NCBI RefSeq assembly: GCF_963676685.1
Contig: NC_092352.1
Coordinates: 80,848,001 to 80,912,000 of the forward strand
Length of the DNA stretch: 64,000 nt
Source: Mytilus edulis
Lineage: Eukaryota
Direction of reading: 5' to 3'
Below are positions 45,919 through 58,800 of this stretch, one piece after another; position 1 is the first letter of the stretch, and each line of letters starts with the position of its first letter. The position numbers and the translations under genes are program-made. Below the pieces are notes generated by a model. It saw only the letters and a program-made list of their open reading frames with translations. It did not search any database and was not told the DNA's origin.

Positions 45919-47094
45919 AATGTGTTATCGAAAGGTCCCAAATATCGTGAGCCTAAATCCATCAATTGGAAATACAACTTTAAAATTTTGATGGATTCAG
46001 TCGAGGATTATGCCAGGCAATGGGCTAAGCGCGAGAAGGAAGACGTAGACACTCTTTCCGAATGGATTAAGGCAGTGAGGTCGTTGATACAAATCAGAAT
46101 TAAGAAACTGAATGGGTCCATCAATAACCATGCTACGTCAATCTTTAAAGACCCAAATGTTGCAAAACACCTATCCGACCTCCATGACAAATATGTTGTT
46201 GTCCCTGCAGATAAAGCCCCAAATAACATCGTTTTTGTGTGTAAAAGTCACTACATCAACTGCTTGATAAACGAATTAGGTATTGACAATTCACTTGGTA
46301 ACTCAACATATACCCTCACGACACTTACCAAAGAGGAAATCCTGGATAATCATAGGTCTGTTCTATGTTCCTTTGGAATTTCAACCAAAGATGAAGAACT
46401 GGATCTTCCATCACTCTATTGGATACCTAAACTACATAAGTGTCCTTACAAACAACGGTATATTGCTGGGTCTTCCAAGTGCTCCACGAAACCTCTTTCT
46501 AAATTATTAACATCTATTTTATCAGCAATCAAAGACGGGCTTCAAAGTTATTGTGAAACTGCCTATTCTAGAGGTGGCGTGAATCAGATGTGGATACTTA
46601 AAAATTCAAAAGATCTTTTAGAGTACATACAATCTAACTCTCTTTCATCTTGTAACAGTATTAAAACACTTGACTTTTCTACCCTGTACACAAGTATTCC
46701 ACATTCCAAACTAAAAGACACATTGAAAGAGTTGATATTACTTTGCTTCATAAAAAAGAATGGCCAACGTAGATACAAGTATCTTGTCTTAGGGAGGGAT
46801 AAATCCTACTTTGTAAAGAATCACTCTGATTCAAACAAAAAATTCTCTGAAACTGATATTATCAAGATGCTTGATTTCTTGATTGACAACATATTTGTTA
46901 CGTTCGGAGGACGTGTTTTTCAACAGACTGTCGGCATTCCAATGGGAACAAACTGTGCCCCTCTACTCGCCGACTTGTTTCTTTATTATTATGAGGCTGA
47001 CTTCATGCAGGAACTTCTTAGGAAGAAAGATAAGAAGTTAGCAATATCCTTTAACTCTACTTTCCGCTATATAGATGATGTTCTTTCACTAAAC
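45919..47094 (+). mobile_element. Penelope-like element reverse transcriptase fragment
   Basis: LSKGPKY, PADKA, LYWIPKLHK, RYIAGS, LDFSTLYTSIP, QQTVGIPMGTNCAPLLADLFL, FRYIDD; similarity appears to end just after YIDDVLSLN. Confidence 0.85.
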
Positions 47095-50000
47095 GACAAA
47101 AACAAACTTTGCAAATATGAAATCAAAATGAAACTACAGTTGTTTGCGCCATTACCTTCAGAACAAAGGGAACCGTTAGATAGTCCAAAATACTAAAATG
47201 TGTCAAAAATCTATACTTATAGATTTTATCAACACAGTCAGACAAGAATTTAAAAAGGTATTTGGGCAGTTTTGATAATAAAAGAGTGGATGATGTAGAA
47301 TGTGTGAAAAATTACAGTTTAATATCGTTTCTTAATAACAATCATTAGTTATATGATTGCCAACTGATAACAAAAATTGCCTTTGCCACTTAGTCTTCAG
47401 GGATTAAAATCGTTTATTTATAATTGTCTACAATGTAAATTACTAACAAAACCTCTATGTCTAGAATAGTCATCATTGATTCTGCATAATTAATCGAACG
47501 TTGTATGATGTGCAACACACGTTTAACAATAATGTAATGTGTGATTAAACTACAACATCTACCTACATACCTATGTTTTTTCGTTTAAGGAAAATGGTTG
47601 TGTTCTCCCAATGTGCGTCACTCGCATGTGATAACATACAGGTAGGACATTTCGTTCAAATAGCATTCCTTTGTTGGTTCCTTGACATAATAGACTTCTA
47701 CAGAAGACATTTAGACCAGGGATGAATACGATTAATTGAGACTGGTCAGCTGAAATTGTTTTATTTTGGAGTGGTCCGGTTTTTTTTTAGCATAACTGAG
47801 AATTTCTATCAAGAAAAATATTTCTATTTTTGTCAATACAATATTTTTTATGATATATTTCAAAAACAAATAATCTTTTTGGGAATAATTGACGAAACTT
47901 AAATCAAATATGTGTCTTTCTCAAGTCAAACACAGGCAAAACGTAGTCTTAAATAAATAAGTTTAAAAATCTTGTGAGACTCCTGCTTTATCTCGATACA
48001 TAACACATTTCAAGCTGAATTTAGCAAAATAAAATATATTTTTCGTCAATTCAGAGAGATCTTAATAAAATTTGATATATTATTGTAGTATCTTGGAAAA
48101 GGTGAACTCTTCTCTATATCAAATATATTCAATATCTAATTAGATGTGTGGATATTTCAAAATGTGTTTGAGAATTAATTGTTTTTTTTAAGTAAAAAAA
48201 AGCAGTCGATTTGGCGTTTTTCTTTGGTCAGAGATATAAGAATCGTACAAGTCTATTGCATAGTCGACAATACTGCACTGCTCAGATTGAAGATTTGTTA
48301 TTTGGCATTGATCATAAAAATAAAACCAAACTGGTGTAACACATCAGAACATTCTTCATGTTCGTGTGTTTATAGGTGGGAAAAGTCAGTGGTATATCTG
48401 TTACATTTGTAAGGTATATTTACACAGAATATCATGCTGAAAATAATTCTTATTATACATGTCATACATATATTTAGTCACTACGAACAACATTACAAGT
48501 GATATAATTTCTATTAAGTTTAAAGCTAAAATTTGCACATTAATCAGTTACTCTAGAAATTTATGAATATTTTCTCTAAACCATAACAGTTTTCCGTTTT
48601 TTTTAATCAACAAATATGTGATCTTTATCCATAGTTTAAATCAAACATGTCAAAACATTAAACATATACAATATCCGTACTTATTTGTCTACAAGATAAA
48701 TAAGAAATAAATTAACGTAGAGAAGAAATCTCGTTGACGATAATATCAATTTATGTAGATTTACAATATAATATATCATATCTGATAACTTTCACCACTT
48801 TTGATATTGACATTGATAAAACAACATTTTTTTCATCACGGTAATCTTCAATTTTGAAATTTTCGTTACTAATCACCGAATAAAATATATTAAAGTTACA
48901 GTCATAAACGTCAAGATACCTTGATTTACAAATCGACAGAAAGTTAAAAACCAATCTATACGACAAACAAACAAATAAATGATTAGCATTCAAGATTCCA
49001 TATATTGAATTTTAATGTACCACTACCAGCTATATATGCAGCTTATGGATAAACCTCATGAAAAGATACCAGACTAAATTTTAATACGCAAAACTATTTC
49101 TGCAACAAACATTTGTGGTACTGGAAATCTACTTTTAATAACCAGTACTATTTTGTTACTTTAAATTTATTGTAATATTTAGGTAACTGTATTTTACAGT
49201 TCTTGATTTGTACTGACAATTTAAGTACTACAGATTTATTTTTATCACTATCGTTAAATTTTTACTGATAATTGCTGTACATCGATCTGATGAGTTAATC
49301 CTTTCAATTGATTTTTATAGTTTGTTCATATGTTGTACCTTTGTCATTTCGGGGTTTTATATAGCCGACTATGCGATATGGGTTTTACCCAATGTTGAAG
49401 GCCGTACGTTGATCTATAGTTGTTTGTTTCTCTGGCATTATGTCTCTTGGGGAGAGTTGTCGTATTCACCATCATACCACACCTTCTTAATTTTATATGG
49501 AAATGTTTTGCAGGGCCGTTGAAACTCTACTATAACCACCGTCATTTGATTGAAGTCCATATAACATGTAATAAATGTTTATTATGATAACAGGTAATTT
49601 TGAGATATATATGTTTTTGGTATTTCAGGTGAACGAAGCACAAACCAATCAAAGTCGATCTATTAACTCTATCGTTAATTACAAAGTCCAAAATATTTAA
49701 ACTGCTATAAGAACAACTAACCCGTTTAATTTGCTATGATCTGGACTACATTACGGAAAAGTACACCCACCTCTTTTCCCACGAATTCAGATGAGCTAAT
49801 CATCAATTCAAATATATCACCAGATTTTGTTTTATATATATAACATTTGTATTTTGTTTTCATTTTACCTATTTGGTCTTATATTTTCAGAAAAGTATCC
49901 CAAAAAATAGTTACCACTTTGACATCGTTAAGTTTTAACTCCAATAGTTCATTTAAAAATTATGATGTTGTACAGAAACGTAGCTATATTCCCAGAATTG

Positions 50001-50251
50001 ACAAGAAGAGAACTGGTATATTAAGTAAAACGGAATCTGAATATCAGAATTTATTGATCAACATCTTAATACACAAAGCAAGATTGAAATCGTTTGAAAG
50101 ATTTTGTCATGATGAAAAGATGAAAAGCATGATATATCAAATATCACAAGGATTAGTTGCTATTAAGGTGTGCAAAAACAATTTTGATTTTGGTTTCTCG
50201 AAAACAAAATCGATTAATATCAAATAAAGAAAAGCCTCACATGCGCATTAT

Positions 50252-52143
50252 TCATTGATAAGAAAACACCCTAATACATTTTGATGCTCCAACCAGCCAC
50301 ATATATCCACATTCATCTATTATCATGTTGATTGTATTATTTACACCATAGCTTTTATTCATCAATGTTTGCTTAAAAACACGATTTTCAGATATAACAT
50401 AAATCATATCACTTACGTAGTCCGCCACGAGAGTATTTCCATAGTTATCTGTGGCTAAAGATTTAAAAAGGGCATACGGCTTCTGAAATGAATCGAGAAC
50501 TATGAAGTTTTTGTCAGCAAAAACAATTACATCTTTGCTAAAAGATATAACAAAGTTGAAATTTCGCAATTGCTTCATAACTATTCTTTCGCCGGTAAAT
50601 GTGCTACCTTGTTGTAATATGTTGTTTGGATCTTTTAGTTCAAATTTGTTCTGAATACATGCACTTGAATATTCTGTATCTTTTAACTCGTAGAATATTT
50701 TTTCAGTTGGACTATACACAAACAGATTACCATTCCTACTGAGGCAACACAGTAATCCATTTCTAAATGGAACAGTGCAGAAACGAGAATAAATTGATTT
50801 ATTATTCTTCACAACAGAATTCTCATACCAAAACAAACTCTAGATGCAGATTTATGAACAAAATGTTTAATGTCAGCATGAGTATCAATGCTCTCGTCTT
50901 TTATACCCTTACTACTATACCTACAAGCCATACCTGCAGTTAATAACCATGCATTGTCATTATTTGTTGGAATAATGTCTAGAACTTCATTCGAAACTAC
51001 AAACTCGGACCGTTTTACTACTTTATGCGCAGGTAAGAGACTAAGTTCAGGTACAGGTAAATGTGGATACATTGGTTTTACCTCTTTTTCCTTTTCTGTG
51101 GCAGTTATCTCTCCAAATATTTTTTCTATAACAACTGAACTGACATCATCCCATTCATAATTCAAATTGTGAATGGACGGAAAGATATTTACGGATTTAC
51201 GCAAGGTTTCATCAAGACGTTTTCCAATGACAGAAAACTCTTCAAGGAAGTGTGTATCTGATGATTGATTAACGTAATTCTCTGTTGTCATTATAAGTCC
51301 TGATAACGAAATTTTGTCAGTTTCGATTTGATTCATGTACTTGTCAAGTTTTTCTATATCTTTCTTCTTTATATCGTCAATAATATCTAAATTTTTATTT
51401 GTAAGCTCATCGACAGCACTACAAAACCGATCTTTCAAATTGGTGGCACGTTCTTTCACATTGTGTTTCAGAACGAGACAGTGTTTGTTATAGTTATCTT
51501 CTTTTAGTTTAACCATTTCAGCAGTATTTTGTAGAAACGATATTCTGGCTTTGAAACTAGCGATTCGGACTAACAACATTTCCTTTTTATTTTGAAGTAT
51601 TGAAGATAAGTTTTCAACTTGATGACAAGGATGAATTTCTTCTGAACAATCAAAACACAATAAAGTATTACACGGTCTACAGAATAAGGTAAGTTCCTTG
51701 CTATGCTCTTTACATTTTGTCTTGACAGTTGCTTCAGTTTGATCTAGTTTCTCTGATTTAAGAATTTTCAACGACCGAATCACATGATTCTTTGATGTTT
51801 TCAATTTTCCGTGATAATCGCGACAATTGCTGCATAAATTGGTTTTGCAGTCCAAACATTTTGACACCGCAAAGTTTTGATCATCGCATAAGTCGCATGC
51901 ATCCATAACCTCATTGTTTACTTTCACATATTTTAATTTATATGGATAAGGTTTTAGACCACTTACTCCTTCGTCTGGTAAAGAAATGGTTGTCTTACAT
52001 AATGGACAGATTATCTTATTGTCTTTGATATCCAGTTTCTGAAGACATGGCAAACAGAAAGTGTGATAACAATTTAAAAGTTTAGGTTCTGTGAAAACAA
52101 AAGACAAACATATTCCACATTTCGAATCACATCCTTCCGCCAT
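50252..52143 (-). CDS. Second TRIM paralog with a single frameshift near 50835 (assembly error or pseudogene)
   Basis: ORFs 52143-50809 and 50836-50252 together align end to end with 43453-45339 (MAEGC.SKCGIC...DECG..WLVG...I.VF.YQ). Confidence 0.85.
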
Positions 52144-52636
52144 GTTCGATATTATAAAATACGTCCGACAAGGAAGTATAAGGGCTCACGTCATCATGTG
52201 TTTAAAGTTCAATGCCAATAACAACCATTTAGATTTGAAGTGTAATGTTGAAAACGTGATACAAGTATCGTCTTATTAACAATCAATAATATATTAATCA
52301 ATGTTGAAGTATTTTATTGATGTTTGTTTAGTAAAATTTATTAGATCTTCTTCTTTAAAACTTATACTTGTTTTTTAAACTTTGTCTTATCAGTACATTT
52401 GAAAAAGTTTTGAGCGCAAACCAAACCTACACAGTTTTTGATATTACTGCCCTAAATCAAAATATAAGATAGATTGCAGACTTGTTAATATGACAACTAT
52501 CATGTAGTTTGTACCCGCTACAAGTCAGAAACCTGTATTTCATTGGTTTTCTTTGATCGAAGTTTATCATATTTGTTGAATTTGTTTTAAAATTTGTTTG
52601 ATTTTTTTAAATTGTTTTGTTTCATAAATTAACCCA

Positions 52637-52816
52637 GGCATAGACTACCTTAGATGTATTTGGCACAACTTTTTGGAATTTTGGATCCTCAATGCTCTTC
52701 AACTTTGTACTTGTTTGGCTTTATAAATATTTTGATATGAGCGTCACTGATGAGTCTGATGTAGACGAAACGCGCGTCTGGCGTACTAAATTATAATCCT
52801 GGTACCTTTGATAACT
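52637..52816 (+). mobile_element. Retrozyme-like short element carrying a type I hammerhead, flanked by a 9-bp direct repeat
   Basis: ATTAACCCA at 52628-52636 and 52817-52825; the element interrupts a reverse copy of the common interspersed repeat. Confidence 0.8.
52741..52784 (+). ncRNA. Type I hammerhead ribozyme (minimal)
   Basis: GCGTCA-CTGATGA-GTCT gatgt AGAC-GAAA-C gcgc G-TC^TGGCGT: all core nucleotides present and stems I, II and III pair. Confidence 0.85.
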
Positions 52817-53577
52817 ATTAACCCATTAGGTGTCTTGTTTGAATGGTTTTACATTCATTTGTGTCATGTCTTGACATTTTATAGTTAACTTCATAATATG
52901 GGTTTTGTTTTATTGTTGAAGGTCCTACATTGACATTAAGACATTGCAGTCATAAAAATTCCGAGCACGACAATAAAATTTAAAAACACAAAAAATACTG
53001 GACTCCGAGGAAAATTCAAAACGGAAAATCCCTAATGAAAGGCAAAATCAAAAGCTCATACACATCAAACGAATAGATTACAACTGTTAAATTCCTTGGT
53101 ACAGACATTTTCTTATGTAGAAAATGGTGGATGAAACCTGGATTTATAGTTAGCTTAACCTCTCACATCAAATTCCATTATATTAATAACGATGTATGAA
53201 CAAAATAAACAGACATAATAAAGTGTAAACTTTTATGAACGAGAACCAAGGGGTCTGGTAAACAATTTCCCGAAGGCAACAATAACATTTCTTTTTATCT
53301 TGGTATATCTGAAAAAAAGTAAAGGAATGGCTAAGATCTGTTCTTCAACTTTGTACAATATTTTGCATTTAATCTTTTTTGATCAGCGTCACTGATGGAT
53401 TTTACATAGGCAAACCCGCTCGTCTGTCGTACAAAATTATAAAACTGGTATCTCTAATGAGTTTTTGCTTATATTCTTTGGCTGTTCATGTTTCATTTCC
53501 GGCAATGAAATTATTTATTCATTTCTGTTTATTTTATATAGTGTTCGTTCTATCTATGACTACATACCCGACTAAAT

Positions 53578-54785
53578 ATCACAAGAGTGCACACGCTGAA
53601 ATGTCTTGCACTCTTTACTAATCATTGATATTATGTTGATAATCCTAAATATAAAACTTTATTACGACTGTTTTATAAACTTAAGGTGGTACCCAACACT
53701 TTCACTAAAATTAATTTGGCTCGTTTAAGTTTCATAAAATTTTGACAAAGTATTTACTTTTACCCTTTGACAAAAATATGAAAATTTCAAAAAATTGAAC
53801 CAACCAATTTATCAGAAAAGTTACACTGGTTATATAGCAGTTTGACAAACACCAATTTTGATCATTGAGAATCTTAATATTCCCTTAACAACACAACGTA
53901 ATTAAAACGTTTAGCTGATTTTACAGAGTTATCTCCCTGTAGTGTTATGTACCACCTTAACATTAACCAAGATGACTAAACATTGACCAGTGAACCATTA
54001 AAATGAGATCAAGGTCAGATGAACCATGCAACGCAGACATTAATACAATTCTTCCATACAACAAATATAGTTGACCTATTGCTTATACATTGTAGTTTAA
54101 GGAAAATAGACCAAAACACAAAAACTTAACACTGAGCAATGAACCGTGAAAATGAGATCAATGTCAAATAAAACCTACGCGACTGACGTATAGATCATAA
54201 AATATTTCCATACACCAAATATAGTTGACCTATGGCAAATAGTTTTAGATAAATAGACCAAAACACAAAAACTTAACTATAACAACTGAACCATGAAAAT
54301 GAGGTCAAGGTCAAATGACACCTGCCAGTTGGACATGTACACCTTACAGCAAATACATCGTATACCGAATATACTAGACCTTTTGCTTATTGTATCTGAG
54401 ATATGGACTTGACCACCAAAACTTAACCTTGTTCACTGATCCATGAAATGAGGTCGAGGTCGAGTGAAAACTGTCTGATGGGCATGAGGACCTTGCAAGG
54501 TACGCACATACCAAATATAATTATCCTATTACTTATAATCAGAGAGAATTTAACATTACAAACAAAACTTAACTTTTTTTTTCAAGTGGTCACTGAACCA
54601 TGAAAATGAGGTCAAGGACATTAGACATACGTCGTAACATGAGGCATCTATATACAAAGTATGAAGCATCCAGGTCTTCCACTTTCTAAAATATAAAGCT
54701 TTTAAGAAGTTAGCTAACGCCGGCGACGGCGCCGGATCACTATCCCTATGTCGAGCTATCTGCAACAAAAGTTGCAGGCTCGACA
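53578..54785 (+). mobile_element. HINE-like element with internal tandem units, hosting a TTAA MITE (53685-53956)
   Basis: Repeated GAACCATGAAAATGAGGTCAAGG units; 3' hairpin TGTCGAGC..CTGCAAC AAAA GTTGCAG.GCTCGACA. Confidence 0.75.
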
Positions 54786-55074
54786 AAAAACTAAGACTTC
54801 TAATAATTAAAAGTCTTAAATATTGTATCTTTTTTATTTAGTTTTTTTTTATTACAACGCACTTCTATATAATCTTTCGTCCCTCTTCTATATAAATTAA
54901 TGGTACATAAAATATAAATAAGCTTTATTATTTGGACGGAATTAAATCTAGGACTTGGTTTTGAAACTACTTGTACCGTGTAACATTTCGGCCACCTAAG
55001 TTTACCGAACGTACTGCATTAACGTCATATTTGCATAACCTATGTTTTAACTTATGTAGGTCGAGGTCGAGGTC

Positions 55075-55140
55075 GAGTCTTATGTAGACGAAACGCGCGT
55101 CTGGCGTACTAAGTTATAATCCTGGTACCTTTGATAACTA
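55075..55140 (+). mobile_element. 5'-truncated retrozyme-like copy (3' half of hammerhead only)
   Basis: GAGTCTTATGTAGACGAAACGCGCGTCTGGCGTACTAAGTTATAATCCTGGTACCTTTGATAACTA, near-identical to 52752-52817. Confidence 0.8.
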
Positions 55141-55859
55141 ATTAAATAAGTTCAGAGAAGATTAATGTTTGTCAATTCGTCACAATCCGTATTTAATCAT
55201 AACAAATCGATGAATCATTATAACCCTTTGTTATATCTGTGCTCTCTCTTCTACCTATCAATCAGACAAAATATAATCAGTAAACAGTTCTCCTAAAAAA
55301 AAACTAAACGGTTGGATGTAAATGTCTGTTCAAAATCTAAGTCTAATTTGAATTGTAGAGCAGTTTCCATATGTCTTTAAGTTAATTTTCATATCTGCGC
55401 ATGCCTTTAACTCTTTTATATTCATAAAATCACAAAACCAAATAAAATTTTCGTGTTGGCAAATTTTGTTTCGTGCACAACGGTTATGGTTAAGACAATA
55501 TACCTTTTTTATGATTAGCAATACAAATTTCTGTTTTAACGATTTGCCTAAAATAAATGTAAGGATCCAATAACAAGCAACAAAAACAAATTCAGAAGAT
55601 TCCCCCCTCCCCTGGAAACTAGTTAACAGACTATCTTGTATTTATTATAAACCACGTAATGCAACAGCTTTATAACATCTTAGATTTCTGTTATATTTAT
55701 ATTCGATACTATATTGGATAATATTTTGAAAGCAGTTAAAACGCTTCTTAAGCTTACAATCCTTCTTTCAAACTGCTTTAAGGTGACTTTAATTGGTGCT
55801 ATATCATTGCGTTCATTTCTTGTATGATATGAAGTAAACATAATCAATAAAAGTTGCTA

Positions 55860-58800
55860 TCATAAAATCGAGCACACCGATGATAATTTATGATTCGAGT
55901 TGTCCACAGCTTTCCTGGTGAGTAATTGATAATGTTTACTTTTGCCCGGTTTACGTCTTCCTTTCTTTTTGCTTTGCGGAGCTCTCATTGGTGACACCTG
56001 AAGTGAAAAGTATATTAATAATTTTGATCTATCATATGACCTGTCCAGATTCAGAAATTAATTCTTCTTTAATTTAAACACGTTAAATGGAGAGCGCTAT
56101 ATACTTCATATTTGAATTTTTCAAATATAAAAACGCTAAAATTCCTCAAACAATTCAATGAATGTAGATGCACAAATTCAACATATTTGTCGATATTTCT
56201 GTGAATTTTCAGGGATCAGGATTGAACACAGCAGTAGATGGAACATAACACTAAACAAGTCCCCGCTATCATAACTTTTTTCTGGACAGTTTGTGTACAA
56301 AACTTTCATTAAGACCCCGTTCCTTTCCAAACATTTATTGAAGGTGAAATCAGTACACCGTTATATTATAGACACATCAGACTGTACTGGTTACCTGCAC
56401 TCTGGATACACAAATCAAGGTACTTCATATCGGATAATTTTAGAAACCATTTTCATATAATTATTTTTTTTTAGTTTAAAAGTTTCAGTCAAAATGTGTT
56501 ATCACTGGTCCTTAACATTTCATTTTTTACTTCAAATACATATACGAAGGGAATACTTTGTTTTGAATATGTGCTTCTGTCTATCTGTTTGTTCACATAT
56601 TTAAAGTCTCTCAAAATAATTTTGCAAATAAGTCCGCTAAAACCGGTGATTATGGGCCGTATTAGACTTGCAGTTAGGTGGCAGTTTTATTTGCTCTGTG
56701 TTGATGGTCTTGCTGTGACGTGAAACGAAGAACAGCAGCAAAAGAGCTGTAACTTTTAAATTTTGTGATTTTTGTGTATTTATTGATTTTGTCTTATGGA
56801 TAGATCCCCCTTTATCTTTTTTGTTTGTATAAAATTCCTAAGTCGAAAGAATTTAAAAGAAATTGTCGAATAATTTTTATAACAAAAGGTGCACAACTTC
56901 AACATAAATAGACTTCTGTGAGATCTGTGTTGAAAAATGTAGGAGTGGTTGATTTCACAAATTAGATATCCACTTTTAACCACCCCTCAACCCCCTCTCA
57001 TGTTTGCTAACTGGATAGCATAGTAATACTTAGACATTTTTTAGATTACGTTTACAGTACAGTATATTGAGTGAGATTTAAGTGATAATGTGCAAGACAT
57101 TAACAACACAAGTCATGTATGAAGTTACCGTCCTTATGCTGAAGCCAGTAATATAAACAGAAAATAAAACAGCCGTGAAATGGATAAGCAATAAATTTAA
57201 ATTTGATACATTTCCGCAAAAACTACAAAAAGATTGTAACATGCTGGTATTATCGCTAATTACCTGAAATTACTTAAGGGGGTTGGGACTATTCGACTGC
57301 GCATAATTTCATGCATGAATTACCATGCACACGAAAAGTTTGTGTCGTAAATTCACTATTATGTTTTTAATATTTTGATTGAATAAAAACGTTAAATAAT
57401 GGTATTTTTGTCAATTAAAAAATATTATCGTTATCATGTGTATCTGCAAAAGGCTCAAAATGACATTTCACCTAATTTCACCATTTCACCTCCAAATTTT
57501 GGGTTTTAATGCAAAATATTTTTTTTCTTTATCGGTGTACAGTTTTCGCAGACAGTTTTCTTGATATTCCGATAAAAATATGTCAACACCTCTATTTTCC
57601 CTATTACTTCATAAAAAATGGTCCCTTTTACATACCTGTTTAAAAGTAATATTTTGAGCTTAAATAATCCAGGACCCCCTGTTTTTTTCGACCAATTTGA
57701 TTCCCTCACTGCAAAGATTAAAATAACAAAAAATACGGCACTTCTGACAGAACCTCGAATAGGCCCGAGCCACCTTAACTATCAATGAAAATAATAAGGT
57801 AATAGACAAATCAATGCTATACAATTTGAATACTAGCACTTTTTATAAATACATAAGAGCTTACCTTAACAATTTCTGGTACACTGGACACAGAGTCGAT
57901 TCTTTTCCTTGCAGGAAGTCGTTGTACAGGATATTCTAATGCAAGTCGATGCTGTCTGGTCTTAACATTGATAGGTAATACTTTTGTTATTTCTGGAATA
58001 CGGAATAATATTTAGAAAACATTCATTTTCGTGGAACAAAACAGTCAAAAAAGATATACAAAGAGAGGCAACCAGCAATAGTCAGAAGCGTGTTGAAACG
58101 AAAATAATTTCAATATCATCAAAATTAGTGGTTGGAAAAAGTATTCCTGTATTTCAATAGAGATACATAGTCATATAATAAATAATCATAAGACAAACGT
58201 ATGTAAAATGTTACATATTGTTCACAGTTTAGTTATTGTAACATAGAGAGCAGTTGCTTCATAGTTGTTACCCAATCGTTTGGAGTGTTTGAGCTTGGAG
58301 TTTGCCAACTTTTCGTTTTGAATTTTCCTTCAAGTTCTGTATTTCTATTATTTTTCTTTTTATATGAAAAAAAAATATCATTTGCCATTAAAAAACTATA
58401 AGAATAAGAAAATCATAAATAAATTATTATAAACAAGTTGGAACAATACAAAATTATGGATTCATTTATTTTTCGAGGGTACCAATAAGGATTGAAAAAA
58501 AGTGTATTTTCGTGGACATTTAAAAGCGAGATATTTCCAAAGTCTACATACATGAATAGAAAATATGAAATTCGTTGAACATTTATATTCGAAGTTTACA
58601 TGCATCCACAACATTCTTGCAATCTAGTATTATGCCACAATCTTAAAAGACAAAACTAGAATAAATGTATATGCCTATACATGTTTTCCTTTTCTGCCAA
58701 GTTGAAAATGAGTCAAATCGTTCGTTTTGTCTATAAATACATTCTTTCTTACCTGGATCCCATGGTGGATTACCTTCCACTGAAGGACTATTATGTAGAC

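Noticed and set aside
47095-47196. C-terminal part of the RT ORF
   Set aside because: Appears to be read-through into flanking AT-rich DNA after the element breakpoint.
53385-53432. Functional hammerhead
   Set aside because: Core is mutated (CTGATGG, GCAAACCC) and stem II is lost; counted only as a decayed copy.
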